This document shows, one piece after another, positions 62,352-64,000 of a DNA stretch of 64,000 nt (positions are counted from its first letter, which is position 1; each line of letters opens with the position of its first letter). A program made the position numbers and the translations under genes. Source of the stretch: an uncultured Sphingomonas sp. (lineage in GTDB: Bacteria > Pseudomonadota > Alphaproteobacteria > Sphingomonadales > Sphingomonadaceae). The notes below the pieces were generated by a model. It was given only the letters and a program-made list of their open reading frames with translations, was not told the origin of the DNA and searched no databases. The stretch covers positions 1,884-65,883 of the forward strand of contig CAXTHQ010000010.1 of the NCBI GenBank assembly GCA_964244185.1. The letters are read 5' to 3'.

Positions 62352-62384
62352 GGGGCGTCGGCCGCGAGGCCGGCGCCCTTTTTT
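62352..62384 (+). terminator. Rho-independent terminator
   Basis: gggcgtcggcc-gcga-ggccggcgccc followed by T6. Confidence 0.85.
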
Positions 62385-62484
62385 ATGTCTCTCCGCCCAC
62401 TGACTCAGGAATGTCATGGCGATGATTGTCTCATTGCGGCACTAAATGCCGTGGACATGTAGATATTTTAATGGATCGAGGACG

Positions 62485-62508
62485 AGACATTTACGTCCGA
62501 TTAACGTA
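62485..62508 (+). promoter_or_regulatory. Conserved upstream box containing a CtrA-like site (copy 2)
   Basis: agacaTTTAcgtccgaTTAAcgta; starts 152 bp before the ATG. Confidence 0.6.
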
Positions 62509-62636
62509 TCAAGGTCGGAGAGGTGATGACGGCTCTGGCACGATTCGCTGATCAAAACCGCCCGTTTCCGCGGGTTCCCGAGGGCAAACCGGGCTTAGTG
62601 TTTGCCGGCATATGTGTTTGTTTAGGGGGGTTTATC

Positions 62637-63302
62637 ATGAAGCGTATTGCACTCATGGCCTTGGCGTCCGGGTTGGCTATCGCTGCCGCGACTCCGGCCA
62701 ATGCGACCATCACGATCGCCTATTCGCTGAATGGCGGCACCACCATTACCCAGCTCGCGACCGATGCCGCCACGCCGGGCAGCGCCGGCTATGTCGGCAC
62801 GACCCAGAACTACTTCTTCAATGTTGGTGGCACGGGCGCGCCGATCACGTCGCCGTTCGACCTGCTGACCCAGTCGATCAACATCCAGTCGAACGCCGCG
62901 CGTGCGAATTCGCTGATCGTCTATGTCACGGACAGCAACCTGACGTCGATCAACGGCGGCACGCTGATGAGCTCGTTCACGTCGAATGTTCTGTCGCCCG
63001 GCACCACCGCGACGATCAGCTCCTTGTACAGCTCAACGAATGCGCTGTACACCGGCACGCCGCTGCAGTCGTTCAACTACACGTCGATCGGCAGCAACAC
63101 GGGCCTGAACACGATCACGGCGGCGAGTCCTTTCTCGCTGACTGTCCGTTACGACATCACCTTCGGCGCGAACGGCAACTTCAACGGCACCGGCAACATC
63201 ACTGCCGTGCCGGAGCCGGCGACCTGGGGCATGATGATCGTGGGCTTCGGTCTGCTCGGTGGCGTGATGCGCCGTCGCAAGACGACCGTCGCCTTCGCCT
63301 GA
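62637..63302 (+). CDS. Ser/Thr/Asn-rich PEP-CTERM surface protein (copy 2)
   Basis: Close paralog of copy 1 (QLATDAATPGSAG, DLLTQSINIQSNAARAN); C-terminal VPEPATWGMMIVGFGLLGGVMRRRK. Confidence 0.9.
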   Translation: MKRIALMALASGLAIAAATPANATITIAYSLNGGTTITQLATDAATPGSAGYVGTTQNYFFNVGGTGAPITSPFDLLTQSINIQSNAARANSLIVYVTDSNLTSINGGTLMSSFTSNVLSPGTTATISSLYSSTNALYTGTPLQSFNYTSIGSNTGLNTITAASPFSLTVRYDITFGANGNFNGTGNITAVPEPATWGMMIVGFGLLGGVMRRRKTTVAFA

Positions 63303-63324
63303 TCATCGATCGGAACCACGACGG

Positions 63325-63356
63325 AGGGCGCCGGCCGCGAGGCCGGCGCCCTTTTT
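63325..63356 (+). terminator. Rho-independent terminator
   Basis: gggcgccggcc-gcga-ggccggcgccc followed by T5; near-identical to 62352-62384. Confidence 0.85.
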
Positions 63357-63442
63357 CGTGCCCGCCGCTCGGGTCGTGTCGCGGCGGCGGCGGGTTGACA
63401 AAAGGGGAGGGGGCGGGGAGGGCCGCGACGTTCCTTCTTCTC

Positions 63443-63526
63443 CCGTCATCCCGGCGACCGCGGGGATCCCGCTGCCTTCTCCGGCGCGAAGAAGAAGCGG
63501 GATGCCCGCCTGCGCGGGCATGACGG
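63443..63526. repeat. CGTCA-family variant palindromic element
   Basis: ccgtcatcccggcgaccgcggggatcccgct...agcgggatgcccgcctgcgcgggcatgacgg in the aspS leader. Confidence 0.85.
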
Positions 63527-63542
63527 CAATGTGAGACCATCC

Positions 63543-64000
63543 ATGCACGCCTATCGCACTCACACTTGCGCCGCGCTCGACGCCGACGCCGTCGGGCAGA
63601 CCGTCCGCCTGTCGGGCTGGGTCCACCGCAAGCGCGACCACGGCGGCGTGCTCTTCCTCGACCTGCGCGACCATTACGGCCTGACCCAGATCGTCGCCGA
63701 CAGTGACAGCCCCGCGCTCGCCGCGCTCGAAGCCGTCCGCGCCGAAAGCGTCATCACCATCGACGGCATCGTCAAGCGCCGGTCCGAGGCGACGGTGAAC
63801 CCCAATCTCGCCACCGGCGAGATCGAGGTGTTCGCGCAGAGCCTGACCGTCCAGTCCCCCGCCCAGGAGCTGCCGCTTCCGGTCGCCGGCGATGCCGAAT
63901 ACCCGGAGGACATTCGCCTCCGCTACCGCTTCCTCGACCTCCGCCGCGAGCGCCTCCACGCCAACATCATGCTGCGCGCCAGCGTCATCGCCTCGATCCG
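63543..64000 (+). CDS. aspS: Aspartate--tRNA ligase, N-terminal part; runs off the window edge
   Basis: Manual translation MHAYRTHTC...[26 protein letters not shown]...TGEIEV...[11 protein letters not shown]. Not in the ORF track. Confidence 0.95.
   Translation, partial: MHAYRTHTCAALDADAVGQTVRLSGWVHRKRDHGGVLFLDLRDHYGLTQIVADSDSPALAALEAVRAESVITIDGIVKRRSEATVNPNLATGEIEVFAQSLTVQSPAQELPLPVAGDAEYPEDIRLRYRFLDLRRERLHANIMLRASVIASI

Noticed and set aside
62536-62552. Sigma-54 promoter (TGGCACG) before PEP-CTERM copy 2
   Set aside because: No GC at the -12 position and no equivalent upstream of copy 1.

Overview
High-GC alphaproteobacterial chromosome segment, most consistent with a Sphingomonas-like organism (inferred from cckA, chvGI-hprK-rapZ-EIIA-HPr, PEPxxWA-CTERM proteins and a FATG[GY] response regulator). 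It is mostly core genes: ettA, greB, dapA, smpB, cckA, ilvD, nnr, truA, fmt, recR, def, rmuC, pckA, guaB, lptD-surA-pdxA-rsmA, pepA-holC-ndk, purMN, hdaA-ppk1-ppx, rnd and partial aspS. Small accessory insertions are a VapBC pair, a Uma2 nuclease, a DUF559 nuclease and PEP-CTERM genes. The main non-genic signal is about 17 palindromic miniature elements from at least six families. One family occurs as a 449-bp element whose inverted arms enclose a DUF559 endonuclease gene, as an empty 136-bp two-arm copy, and as a solo arm. This suggests an autonomous/non-autonomous REPIN-like system driven by a PD-(D/E)XK-type nuclease rather than a RAYT; the mechanism is inference. Another family has a copy inserted in frame inside fmt. 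No tRNA, rRNA, CRISPR array or DDE/HUH transposase was recognised. All calls are by eye, and several start codons were re-chosen from the ORF track.
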